Below are positions 1 through 9,194 of a stretch of DNA of 64,000 nt, piece after piece. The position numbers were made by a program, and so were the translations under genes. Within the stretch, counting starts at the first letter, position 1; each line of letters opens with the position of its first letter. Source of the DNA: a virus (Duplodnaviria; Caudoviricetes); the IMG/VR virus record IMGVR_UViG_3300042507_005041, positions 1 through 64,000 of that record; one strand, 5' to 3'. The notes beneath the pieces are model-generated. The model was given only the letters and a program-made list of their open reading frames with translations, ran no database searches and was not told the DNA's origin.

Positions 1-1356
1 ACAACTACCTCTGAACCAGAACCACAGCCAGAAATAACCACCACCACAGTATCTCCTCCTACTACTAATATTCTTGAAAAAATATTTGAACCAGTAGATA
101 CTCCAGAAGTTGATCCAACTCCAGTTACAGTCCCAGAACAGGAAGAAGCTCCTGTGGAAACAGTTCCTGAAGTAGTTATTCCAGAAGATACTCAGGATTC
201 AGCTAATGAAGCAGTAGAAGACATATTTAAAAATACAGATAACGCAGAAGAGCTAGGTGCTGCGGTCACAGATGCCCTAGATAATGCTGACTCTCCTGAA
301 GAAGTTGCAGCTTTAGTTACATCTCTTCTTGATGGTCCTTTAAATAATGAAGAATTTGCAGCCGTTGTTGACTCTGTGTTTGCTGATGATCTTTCAACCG
401 AAGAATTAAGTGCAGCTCTCGATGCAGTTTTTGCTGAGCCATTGTCTGACGAAAAATTTGCTGAGGTAATTGATGCAGTATTGGACTCTCCTCTTACCGA
501 TGAACAGTTTGCTGAAGTCGTAGACATATTGGAATCTGACACCGTTAGCGAAGATCAGGTCGCTGATGCTGTTGATAACATCTTAGAAAATGGTGTCACT
601 GAAGATCAGGCTACAGAACTTGCTACCAGTGAAAAAGTCTTGGAGAGCATTGATGGTGATCAAGCTTCCGAAATCTTTGCTGAAATTCCAGTAGACGAAC
701 TTTCAACCGAGGAAGAAGCAGCCCTTGTTGAAGCTGTGACAAACGCCCCAGAAGAAATTAAAAACGCTTTTGAAGAGACAATTAACGTCTATGCAGAAGG
801 ACTGGACGACTACGTTCCAGTTGGATCCAATGTAGACGTAGCTTCTCGTAGAACTCTTTTGGCTGCCAGTGCTGCTTTAGCTGCAGCTACAGTTGGCGTA
901 GGCGCGGGCACAGCCACAGGTGGATCTAGTCCATCTGGTCCATCAGGTGGTTCCAGAGGCTCTGGAGGCGGTTCTGGAGGATCTGGAGGGGGCTCTGGAG
1001 GATCTGGAGGAGGCCCTGGAGACGGAGGAAACAGCAGTGCTAGAAAGGGTGACGAAGACCCTGAAGGAGAAGAAGAGGACACTGAAATAGAGGGTCCAGA
1101 AGATCAAGAAGATAATAACTTTACAAGAAACAGTATATTTATATACGAGGAGGGAACAATGAAAAGAAGATTTAGTCCTTGGGGCTTTATCAAAAAATTA
1201 GCCAGGGAGACTTCAGCATTGGCGTTTACCATTTCTGGTAGCGTTGTGGTGTTTGCCACTCTGTCAGGAGAGACTAGAACTATCACCATCATAGCCACCA
1301 GCTGTGCATTTGTGGTTCATTATATTCACGCAATGATCAAGAATGATGAAGATTAA
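1..1356 (+). CDS. 5'-truncated acidic repeat protein with Gly/Ser linker and two C-terminal hydrophobic helices (membrane-anchored)
   Basis: Frame +1 is open from base 1; D/E/A-rich helical repeats, GGSGG linker, two hydrophobic segments at the C-terminus. Confidence 0.8.
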   Translation, partial: TTTSEPEPQPEITTTTVSPPTTNILEKIFEPVDTPEVDPTPVTVPEQEEAPVETVPEVVIPEDTQDSANEAVEDIFKNTDNAEELGAAVTDALDNADSPEEVAALVTSLLDGPLNNEEFAAVVDSVFADDLSTEELSAALDAVFAEPLSDEKFAEVIDAVLDSPLTDEQFAEVVDILESDTVSEDQVADAVDNILENGVTEDQATELATSEKVLESIDGDQASEIFAEIPVDELSTEEEAALVEAVTNAPEEIKNAFEETINVYAEGLDDYVPVGSNVDVASRRTLLAASAALAAATVGVGAGTATGGSSPSGPSGGSRGSGGGSGGSGGGSGGSGGGPGDGGNSSARKGDEDPEGEEEDTEIEGPEDQEDNNFTRNSIFIYEEGTMKRRFSPWGFIKKLARETSALAFTISGSVVVFATLSGETRTITIIATSCAFVVHYIHAMIKNDED

Positions 1357-1386
1357 TATAATAAATCATTACTATAGGAGGGTAAG

Positions 1387-1633
1387 TTGAAAACTCTAAA
1401 CAATATTATTTTAAGAATTGTAGCAACATTCGCTGCATCTGGACTGAGTGTCATAGGTGCCGGAGCTATAGCTGGAGTTCCCTTGTGGAAAGCCTGCTTT
1501 ATGGCTCGGAATGGCTGGTGTTGCTACAGTAGTAGAAGGTTTATCTAGAGCTTTCTTAGATGATGGAAAACTTTCTGCAGCTGAAATAAATCAAGTTTTT
1601 AATAAAGTAGATAAAAAATCTAAAGCAGAATAA
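1387..1633 (+). CDS. Small holin-like membrane protein, split by a +1 frameshift at CGGA 1507-1510
   Basis: GGAGG RBS and TTG at 1387. Frame 0 gives MKTLNNIILRIVATFAASGLSVIGAGAIAGVPLWKACFMA then a stop at 1546; frame +1 continues MAGVATVVEGLSRAFLDDGKLSAAEINQVFNKVDKKSKAE to TAA at 1633. Missing from the ORF track. Holin function is inferred. Confidence 0.7.
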
Positions 1634-1666
1634 AAAGACTTGAGGGTCTTTTAAACATGAAAGGAT

Positions 1667-2401
1667 GTGGTTGAGGCCATGCCTAATTTTTATAATAGAC
1701 TTCGTGCTAGAAAATTTAGTAGTGCATCTGATACGGCAGTAGAGATATCACCACACGATAGTGCTACTCCAAATTTTACCATAGATGCAGGTGGTAGATT
1801 AAGCTGGTCTTCTGGATCAGCCAATGCTGATACTAATCTTTATAGATCAGCATCTGACGTTTTAAAAACTGATGATAGCTTTGATGTAGCTTCAGGAAGA
1901 GCATACAAAATAGATGGGGCAGATATTTTAACTGCTACCTCTTTGGGGTCTTCTGTAGTTGGATCTTCTTTAACTTCTGTAGGAACTCTTTCTTCTTTAT
2001 CTGTATCTGGAAGAACTGATGTCGCAGAAATAAGAGAAGTTGTGTCCAGCGTTTCTGTATCGTCGGGCACACTAACTTGCAACTATAATAACGCTGGCGT
2101 TTTTTATATTGAATCCATGTCTGGCGTTGATGCAAACTTTGCAGTTGACATCACTAACATCCCAACCGATAATAATTATGCTATAACTATCTCTATCATA
2201 GTTAACCAAGGAGCTACGGGCTACTATCCTTCTACTTTAAAGATAAACTCTGGTGGATCAAATGAAACAATTAGATGGGTAAACGACACAGCTCCTTCAG
2301 TTAATGCCAGCAAGATAGATATTTATAACTTTACTTTGATAAGAGTTTCTTCCGCATGGGTTGTGCTTGGCAGCGCAAGTAATAACTACGATACAATTTA
2401 G
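1667..2401 (+). CDS. Virion/tail-associated beta-rich protein
   Basis: DTNLYR and SSLTSVGTL motifs typical of phage tail-fibre proteins; S/T-rich; start may be ATG 1679. Confidence 0.65.
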   Translation: MVEAMPNFYNRLRARKFSSASDTAVEISPHDSATPNFTIDAGGRLSWSSGSANADTNLYRSASDVLKTDDSFDVASGRAYKIDGADILTATSLGSSVVGSSLTSVGTLSSLSVSGRTDVAEIREVVSSVSVSSGTLTCNYNNAGVFYIESMSGVDANFAVDITNIPTDNNYAITISIIVNQGATGYYPSTLKINSGGSNETIRWVNDTAPSVNASKIDIYNFTLIRVSSAWVVLGSASNNYDTI

Positions 2402-2409
2402 GTTTTATA

Positions 2410-3364
2410 ATGCCATTCATAGGTTCAATATCAGGCTCAAGGTCCCGGTAGAATATTTCCACTTGGAGGAAAGCCAGCAATTATTGGTCTTGTTGCTTTG
2501 ACAGCAGGAGATGCTACCGATACTTTTTCCTGGTCGCCACCTCAAAATAATGGGTTAGCTATAACTAAATATGGCTACCAAACCACCACCGATAACGGAT
2601 CTACTTGGAGTTCTGAAACGGAAGTATTGTCAACTTCCGCTGTATTAAATACTCAATATAGTTTATCTTCTTTTAAAATAAGAGTTAGAGCTTTTAATGC
2701 TGCTGGTTGGGGAGAGTACAGTAATGCTTCATCTGGCACAGTAGCATGGACCAACGTTACAGGAACAGACACTCAAACTGATACAGTTTGTGGACCAGAT
2801 GGCTGTAGTGAAACTGATACCGACACAGTTTGTGGTCCAGCTGGATGCAGTGAGGCTGAAGGTCAATACTGCACCTGTGGGGCACAGTATAGATTCAGAA
2901 CTAGAACCAGTTCAAGAACAAGAACAAGAACAAGAACCAGTTCAAGAACTAGAACTAGATCCACACAACAATACACAAGAGTTGGATCTACATCATCTAC
3001 AATTTCATATGGTTCGTACGGCGCCTATAGTAGCTACACCTATAGTGCTTGGAGTGCCTACTCAGCATATACTGATTATACGTATGGTAATTGGAGTGCA
3101 TACGGAGCATATGGAGCTTGTGATGGCACTGGTACATGGGAAGATTACTTTGATTTCGTAACCACTAGTGTCACTGGAGGCACATATCCATATGTAACTG
3201 GTACAATATGGGGATGGGTTTATTCAGATGCCGCTGGCAATGCTATATATACTTGTGGTGGTGGGTCTGGCCTTCAAGCTCCTGGAGGAGTTCAAAAGTG
3301 TAACAGAACAGGCGTTAATAGGGTAGTTGGCACAGATGGATGCGTCTATCCAAGTTGTTGTTAA
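2410..3364 (+). CDS. FN3-domain virion protein with Arg-Thr ladder and Cys-rich tip; +1 frameshift at CGGT 2446-2449
   Basis: ATG 2410 gives MPFIGSISGSRS-CGG-TAG; the +1 frame RIFPLGGKP runs into ORF 2498-3364, which has FN3 motifs (SWSPP..NG..IT.Y, RVRAFNAAGWG.YS). Confidence 0.7.
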
Positions 3365-3379
3365 TTTTAAGGAGTTTAA

Positions 3380-3574
3380 ATGAAACATTTTATATTAGTG
3401 GTTGACGGAGAAGTAGCTGGGGAATTACCAGTGCCTAGGGTTGACTTTCAATCCGATTCAATAGATAAATTGATAGCTATATTAAGTAGTGATCCAAAGG
3501 TAATTTTATCTGACGAACCAGTCTTAGAAGGTTCTACATGGGATGGACAAGAGTTTACTCCTCCTGTAGAATAG
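3380..3574 (+). CDS. Small hypothetical protein (tail-gene neighbour)
   Basis: AAGGAG RBS; ends GSTWDGQEFTPP. Confidence 0.75.
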   Translation: MKHFILVVDGEVAGELPVPRVDFQSDSIDKLIAILSSDPKVILSDEPVLEGSTWDGQEFTPPVE

Positions 3575-3578
3575 TATC

Positions 3579-3827
3579 ATGACTAGCCCTTGGCAAGAGT
3601 GGAAAAAGAAAAACGCAGAACGTCAGGCGACTGGCGTTGTTCGTCCGTGGGATTTTTTTAATCCTGATACTGAATACTCAGATCAGCCGCTAGCTTTAGA
3701 GCGATGGAATATTTGCGCAGAGTGCCCCAAGCTGCAAAAAACAACTGGCACATGTTCTGAATGTGGATGTTTTATGAAATTAAAAGTTAAACTACAGGAA
3801 GCAATTTGTCCACTGGATAAGTGGTAG
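3579..3827 (+). CDS. Cys-rich small protein (CxxC...CxxCGC...CP..KW)
   Basis: Cys pattern in the translation; co-oriented with upstream genes. Confidence 0.75.
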   Translation: MTSPWQEWKKKNAERQATGVVRPWDFFNPDTEYSDQPLALERWNICAECPKLQKTTGTCSECGCFMKLKVKLQEAICPLDKW

Positions 3828-4181
3828 CTATTCGTTAATTAATTCTTCGGGTATAATCCAAAGTTTACATATAGCTTCTGGTTCTATTTTTCCAGCAACT
3901 ATTTCACACGCCCCGCCACCAATAAAATAAACACAGTTAGCACAGATCAAACCTTTTTCTTTAAAAGGATTTAAAGCTGCAGGAGCATAGTGTGCACCGT
4001 TAGCTTTAGAAGAATGATCAAACATACCGTATTTCTCTACAGTATCTTCGTACTGTTCATACATCATCTTTTGTCTGTCAGTTAAATTTCCTTTAACGTC
4101 GTTGCCTTCTTCTTCATCTTCAGGAGATTCGTCTTCTGATTCTTCGTTCTTAGAATATTCTGATAACCAATAGTTACTCAT
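3828..4181 (-). CDS. HiPIP-like 4-Cys protein
   Basis: CANCVYF...CEIV...ICKLW; paralog of 4447-4764. Confidence 0.6.
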   Translation of the reverse strand: MSNYWLSEYSKNEESEDESPEDEEEGNDVKGNLTDRQKMMYEQYEDTVEKYGMFDHSSKANGAHYAPAALNPFKEKGLICANCVYFIGGGACEIVAGKIEPEAICKLWIIPEELINE

Positions 4182-4447
4182 TATTTAACCTCAATAAAAA
4201 TACATTCGCCAGGACACTCTTCGGCTGATTCTATTACATCGCCAAATAAGTTCTCTGGAACAGTTGCCATTCCTTCTGCCATCTTATAGGCAGGGCCGTC
4301 AGATGATCCGTCGGCACCGAGTAAGTTTGGCCAAGATGCTTCCTTGACATAGGCGAGGCCATTGTCATGCATTGCAAAAATGTCAGGTGCAATTTCTGTA
4401 CAAAGCCCATCTCCAGTGCAGAGATCTTGATCAATCCAAACCTTCAT
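4181..4447 (-). CDS. fdx: Ferredoxin (actinobacterial single-cluster type)
   Basis: MKVWIDQDLCTGDGLCTEIAP...AEECPGECI. Confidence 0.9.
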   Translation of the reverse strand: MKVWIDQDLCTGDGLCTEIAPDIFAMHDNGLAYVKEASWPNLLGADGSSDGPAYKMAEGMATVPENLFGDVIESAEECPGECIFIEVK

Positions 4448-4764
4448 TATTTTCTGCCAGACTTTACAACACCATCAGGTATAGCAGCTAAGCGACAGTA
4501 GCCACCATCTTCAACCTGCTGAGCCACTATTTTGCAGACACCATTACCCTCATAGAGAGCACAGTTTCCACATTTGACGCCTATAGAAAGATTATCATTT
4601 TCTGACGCAGGAACGTATCCAACCCAGATGCCATTGCCGTCATCATTTGAAAGCTTGCCATACTTTTTAGCTATACCCATTAAGGCATTAGCAAACTCTT
4701 GTTCAGCTGGAGGAAGTGTATTCTCCATCTCTTCTAGCATTTCTGCTAACCAATATTTGTTCAT
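4447..4764 (-). CDS. HiPIP-like 4-Cys protein
   Basis: CGNCALY...CKIV...YCRL; shares the N-terminal YWL.E motif with 3828-4181. Confidence 0.6.
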   Translation of the reverse strand: MNKYWLAEMLEEMENTLPPAEQEFANALMGIAKKYGKLSNDDGNGIWVGYVPASENDNLSIGVKCGNCALYEGNGVCKIVAQQVEDGGYCRLAAIPDGVVKSGRK

Positions 4765-4809
4765 ATTATTCCTTTGTATTTATTAGAAAAGTATACAGCC
4801 AGAGATACA

Positions 4810-5601
4810 TCATCCATCTGACATTAATGAATCTCTAATAGCATTTTGTCTATTTAGTTCTCGCGCTTGTTGTGTTACTGCATCTTTTTTCTTGCCAGCA
4901 ATCCATCCAGCAGCACCAACAAGAGAAGCCATTCCTAGCATTCTTATATTCTTTGAACCTTTAACTCCATCAAGCACAGCTCTTGAAACTTGTCTACCAT
5001 AGTCCAGCAATTCATCAGTCATGCCACCTACTTTAGGACCAGCTGTTGTGCTAGGCAAAGCAGAAGCAGGGGGAGGAACAGCTCTACCAGCGCCTTGTGA
5101 AATCTTTTGAGCTTGACTCGAAGTGCCTGCAGTTGAAACGGTATTTGCTGCAGATGAAGTTGCACCTGTTGGTATGACTGGAGTAACAGGAGAAGTATTT
5201 GCACTACCTACTATTGTAGTTGATACCTGAGCAGTTGCTTGACCAACAGTAACGCCACCTTTTCTTTTTGCTGCAGCATCATTAAAGGCATCGATGACTA
5301 CGTCAGCTAATTCCTCTTTGCCCTTCTTAGAATCACCAAGTACTTCTTTAGCCTTGTCTTCTATCTTTCCTTTTACGGTATCAACAAGTTTATCTTGAGC
5401 TTTTTCTAAAACAGTTTCAGAAGGGCTTTCTTCTTCGCTGGTTTCTTGAGTAGGAGCTTTGACTTTTGGAGTTCTTGAATCAGCAACTGGCTTTCCAGTA
5501 ACAACTGCTTCAACAGTTTTCTTAACAGGAGCAGATGTTTTACCTTGGTCTTGTCCAACTTCTACTTCGCCACCGGCTAAATCAGATGATTCTTCTTCCA
5601 T
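4810..5601 (-). CDS. Hypothetical low-complexity protein with a C-terminal hydrophobic helix
   Basis: 263-aa ORF with AAGG RBS. Confidence 0.75.
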   Translation of the reverse strand: MEEESSDLAGGEVEVGQDQGKTSAPVKKTVEAVVTGKPVADSRTPKVKAPTQETSEEESPSETVLEKAQDKLVDTVKGKIEDKAKEVLGDSKKGKEELADVVIDAFNDAAAKRKGGVTVGQATAQVSTTIVGSANTSPVTPVIPTGATSSAANTVSTAGTSSQAQKISQGAGRAVPPPASALPSTTAGPKVGGMTDELLDYGRQVSRAVLDGVKGSKNIRMLGMASLVGAAGWIAGKKKDAVTQQARELNRQNAIRDSLMSDG

Positions 5602-5613
5602 TATCTTACCTTA

Positions 5614-5826
5614 TTAAGCTATTTCTTTAGCTGGAATACAGCCTCTATTACAATAGGTACTAGATCCATCTTCGTATACTATACCTTTAATTATACTTCT
5701 ATTGCACTTGGGGCAAGTAAATGGTTTCTCTGGAACTCCATAATAGAGAACTGCTTTTCCTGGAAGTTCTTTTTTAACTTCTTTAACATTCGTAATGTTT
5801 CTTTTTGCTGGTTTCTTACCGGCCAT
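5614..5826 (-). CDS. Small Zn-finger protein
   Basis: CPKC...YCNRGC; GGAGG RBS before ATG 5826. Confidence 0.7.
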   Translation of the reverse strand: MAGKKPAKRNITNVKEVKKELPGKAVLYYGVPEKPFTCPKCNRSIIKGIVYEDGSSTYCNRGCIPAKEIA

Positions 5827-5846
5827 GACATACCTCCACACATAGG

Positions 5847-5864
5847 TTACTATCTATATAGTAA
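5847..5864. promoter_or_regulatory. Inverted pair of TTACTAT motifs (candidate bidirectional late promoter)
   Basis: TTACTAT 5847-5853 and ATAGTAA 5858-5864 between divergent genes; TACTAT also at 1370, 9158 and 11627, upstream of plus-strand genes. Confidence 0.5.
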
Positions 5865-5883
5865 TCTAAAAAGAAGAATTTCT

Positions 5884-7638
5884 ATGGCAGACCCAGCAAA
5901 TATAGATCCAAATACCGGCAGGCCCGTAATTCAGATAGGTCAAAAAGCCGTTAAGAAGACAATGGAGGTCAGCTCTGATGGTAGACCTGTAATCCAGCTA
6001 AGGCCACAGGCTGCTGCTGCTGTTCCAGATGGTGGGTCTTTTTTTGTATCTGTTGGCAGTTCTGTTACCGATCAATCTGTCATTGATATAGCAAGGCGAA
6101 CCAATGAAAGATTATCTCAATTAAACTTAGCTAAATCTACTTTTACATTTTATGGACCAGACGGGCAGGTGCTGGGAGTCCCAGTAACTGGAGCAGAAAC
6201 AATAGCTAAAACTCCAGCTATTTTATTACCCAAAGACGTGCTTCCCGGCTATGGATTATCTCCAATTCAAAGCTTTGCGTATCATACCTCTGGCCTTCCA
6301 TTGGTTGATGCTATTCCGGATACTGCTTCTGCGATGAGAGTCCTTAAAGGCGAGGGTATATCAGGTAATTATCCACAACTTTTGCAGATGCAAGAGGGAA
6401 TGGAACAAGCCATGAGGTCGGGAGACCAAGCTCTTTCAAATGCTGCATATTCTAAAAGCACTGGAAGTGCAATATTTATAGGAGCAGAACCAATATCTAC
6501 CAATCCAGCTAGATTAACTTCTGTTGTCTCGCATGAATTTATGCACAACCTTACATCAAGAGGTCAAATAGATAAGCTATCAGATAATTTAAGTGACAAA
6601 GTAATAGATTTAGCTACACAAAGATTAGATAAACTACAGGAAATTCCATCTCCAAGTGTTAATCCTGGCTATAAATATTCAGTAGGACAATTTTTTGACA
6701 ACATCAATACACCTTATAAAATGTATCCAAACTATAGTGTTGGTGAAGTTGTAGATTTTTTAAGCACTGCTGTTGGAGAAACTTTTGTTCCTAAGGGCTT
6801 AGAAGAAGGTAGAGCGGACACTGGATCTGGTTTGGTGGCATCTCTTTTAAAAAGAAATAAAATTGTTACAGACGCTGACTTAGATACTGGAACGGGTTTT
6901 AGATCAGCTTTAATGAGTAGATATGGAAATCCATTAGGCTTTGCAAGAAACTATGGCTCAAGAATAAGAAATGATATTGGAGAGAGATTAACTATTCATC
7001 CAGCTTTTAAAAATGCTCCTGAAGAAATTATAAGTTCAACAATTAATGAGATCTTAGAGCAAGCAAGTCATAAGGGCTCAATTGAGTACCTTACATCAGT
7101 CGGTTTTTCTGATGAATTAATGGGCGTAGCGAAAGGTGAATTTACAACAGAAGTAGAAAATCTTTTGTTATCGATAGACCCAACAGTAAGCGCAGAAAAT
7201 CCAAAAATAAAAAGTTTTATGGATCAATTTACTGAAGCTCAAAAAAGAAATATGAAGACTTCAATGACTATTGATCAAGCTAGCGGAGACAGGATCGCTG
7301 CAAAAACTATAGATTATGGAAGCATAGATGAAATAGCAGAAGGACTAAGGACACGCATAGCATCTGGATCAAAAGAAATTCAAGCGCAAATAAAAGGTGT
7401 CCAAGCTACGATGGAAGAAGCTAGGTCTGTATTCACTAAAGCCACAGGGGCAATAGAAAGTGCTGCTGATCTTGCTTATGATGCCCCAAGCCGTCTAGTA
7501 AAGTCTAGTGCAGCTCTTTCTGGTTCTTCAAGAGAAGCATCCGCTGCTATAGCAGCTGGCACCAAAGCCTCAAAGAGACTCGGTGCCAGTGCTGTTAAGG
7601 CATTGAGAGCTACTAATGCTGGAAGATTATTCCGTTAG
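5884..7638 (+). CDS. HExxH metallopeptidase-motif protein, possibly internal virion protein
   Basis: VVSHEFMH with a downstream EE; Ala-rich basic C-terminus. Confidence 0.65.
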   Translation: MADPANIDPNTGRPVIQIGQKAVKKTMEVSSDGRPVIQLRPQAAAAVPDGGSFFVSVGSSVTDQSVIDIARRTNERLSQLNLAKSTFTFYGPDGQVLGVPVTGAETIAKTPAILLPKDVLPGYGLSPIQSFAYHTSGLPLVDAIPDTASAMRVLKGEGISGNYPQLLQMQEGMEQAMRSGDQALSNAAYSKSTGSAIFIGAEPISTNPARLTSVVSHEFMHNLTSRGQIDKLSDNLSDKVIDLATQRLDKLQEIPSPSVNPGYKYSVGQFFDNINTPYKMYPNYSVGEVVDFLSTAVGETFVPKGLEEGRADTGSGLVASLLKRNKIVTDADLDTGTGFRSALMSRYGNPLGFARNYGSRIRNDIGERLTIHPAFKNAPEEIISSTINEILEQASHKGSIEYLTSVGFSDELMGVAKGEFTTEVENLLLSIDPTVSAENPKIKSFMDQFTEAQKRNMKTSMTIDQASGDRIAAKTIDYGSIDEIAEGLRTRIASGSKEIQAQIKGVQATMEEARSVFTKATGAIESAADLAYDAPSRLVKSSAALSGSSREASAAIAAGTKASKRLGASAVKALRATNAGRLFR

Positions 7639-8645
7639 TCTCTCCAGAGCCACTGTGGATTTTTCTTAGTCCACTCTACTGTAAGCTCTAATGATTTTTC
7701 TAATGGAACTGGTGCAATCCAACCAGCATCTGCAAGCTTCTTTCCATCAAGAGCATAACGAAGATCATGTCCTGGTCTCGTAGTGTGGAAGTCTTCAAAG
7801 ACAAACTTGAGTTCCTTGCCCCAGTACTTAGCTACTAGTTCTGCCATCTCAAGATTATTAATCTCTCTTTCGCCAACAACATGATACTTGTCTGGACGAT
7901 CTGCATTTGGATAGTCTGTTGCAGGAAGATTCTTCAAGATGAATACTAAAGCATCAGCTTGGTTTCTTGCGTGCAAATAGAATCTTGATCCAATGTTTTC
8001 AGGCGTGCCGTGAATAGTCATTGCGATATCTTTTTCAAGACAATACATAATCTTTGGAATAAACTTCTCAGGATCTTGACGCTCACCAATAATGTTCATT
8101 GTGTTAGTAATGATTACTGGCACACCAAATGTACGCCAGTAAGAGATACATGCAGCCTCTTGTGCAGCTTTTGATCCAGAGTATGGATTAGATGGAAGGA
8201 TGGTGTCCCATTCCTTGTGAGCATATCCAGCTGGTGCTGGACCATAAACTTCATCTGTTGAAACATGAAGGAAGACTTCTGGTTGAATCTTGCGTGCAAG
8301 CTCAAGCATATTGACAACAAGCGCTACGTTGTTCATTATAAATGGAGCTGGATCCGTAATAGATCTATCAACATGTGAATCGGACGCCATAGAAATAATA
8401 TAATCAATGTGTCCAATGTCTTTAATCATAACATCAGAGAAAGGTACAGTCAGATCATGTGTCACAAGTTGAACACGATGTCTGTTAGCTTCCCATGATC
8501 CGATGGAAGTAATTCTATCTGTCACTCCACGATGACGGAATGAATCGGTAATTACCACATCCCAATCAGTCGTCTTGAAGATATGCTCCAATGTATGATG
8601 GCCAACAAAACCGCCAGCACCTGTAAGCAATACTCTTTTTGTCAT
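7635..8645 (-). CDS. rmlB: dTDP-glucose 4,6-dehydratase (NAD-dependent epimerase/dehydratase)
   Basis: TGAGGFVG, SHVDRSI, STDEVYG, YSGSK, RPGHDLRYA motifs. Confidence 0.92.
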   Translation of the reverse strand: MTKRVLLTGAGGFVGHHTLEHIFKTTDWDVVITDSFRHRGVTDRITSIGSWEANRHRVQLVTHDLTVPFSDVMIKDIGHIDYIISMASDSHVDRSITDPAPFIMNNVALVVNMLELARKIQPEVFLHVSTDEVYGPAPAGYAHKEWDTILPSNPYSGSKAAQEAACISYWRTFGVPVIITNTMNIIGERQDPEKFIPKIMYCLEKDIAMTIHGTPENIGSRFYLHARNQADALVFILKNLPATDYPNADRPDKYHVVGEREINNLEMAELVAKYWGKELKFVFEDFHTTRPGHDLRYALDGKKLADAGWIAPVPLEKSLELTVEWTKKNPQWLWRD

Positions 8646-8670
8646 TTTATTTCCTTTGTGTTTTTTAATT

Positions 8671-8746
<76 letters not shown>

Positions 8747-8799
8747 ATATTTGTTACTAATATATTATGGATATATTAAATATAATTTTGTTTTTAATT

Positions 8800-8860
8800 G
8801 GATTAATGCGAAGGTGGAGGGTTTACTGGACCCTGTTGACGGACCCAGCAAAATTAATCC
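8800..8860 (-). ncRNA. Stem-closed small structured RNA with a CU-rich segment
   Basis: GGATTAAT/ATTAATCC closing stem, inner 10-bp hairpin with G-U pairs on the minus strand, unpaired ACCCTCCACCTTCG. Confidence 0.45.
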
Positions 8861-8878
8861 CTGTCATCTAGATTAAAT

Positions 8879-9082
8879 TCAACTAATTTTAATGGAAGAC
8901 GAAAAATCATTTACGACATTCATTACATCATCCATTGTATCAGGGAACTGTCTATTAGTGTAGCAATATATATCACTTAATGCGTCAGTTAGGCGAAGCG
9001 CAGCGGTGTGAAGTTTAGCATGTGGCAGGTTAGTCTTCAATAGGGCTGAATAAAACTTATTATATGTCTCTGTATAGTTCAT
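8879..9082 (-). CDS. Small hypothetical protein, paralog of 46572-46769
   Basis: MNYT..Y...Y..L.....H..LH...LR..DAL.D shared by both copies. Confidence 0.75.
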   Translation of the reverse strand: MNYTETYNKFYSALLKTNLPHAKLHTAALRLTDALSDIYCYTNRQFPDTMDDVMNVVNDFSSSIKIS

Positions 9083-9194
9083 GTATTTGTTCCTTAATTT
9101 TCGGCACTTTAGAGTCTAGGGCATAGATTATATCATAAAAATATCAATCATCCTCGGTACTATTATTTAATAAGAAACTTTTTTGGAGAACTTT

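Noticed and set aside
2446-2550. Stop-codon (TAG) reassignment as the explanation for the broken genes
   Set aside because: Reading through TAG 2449 stays in the wrong frame and soon meets TAA; TAG and TGA end many genes normally
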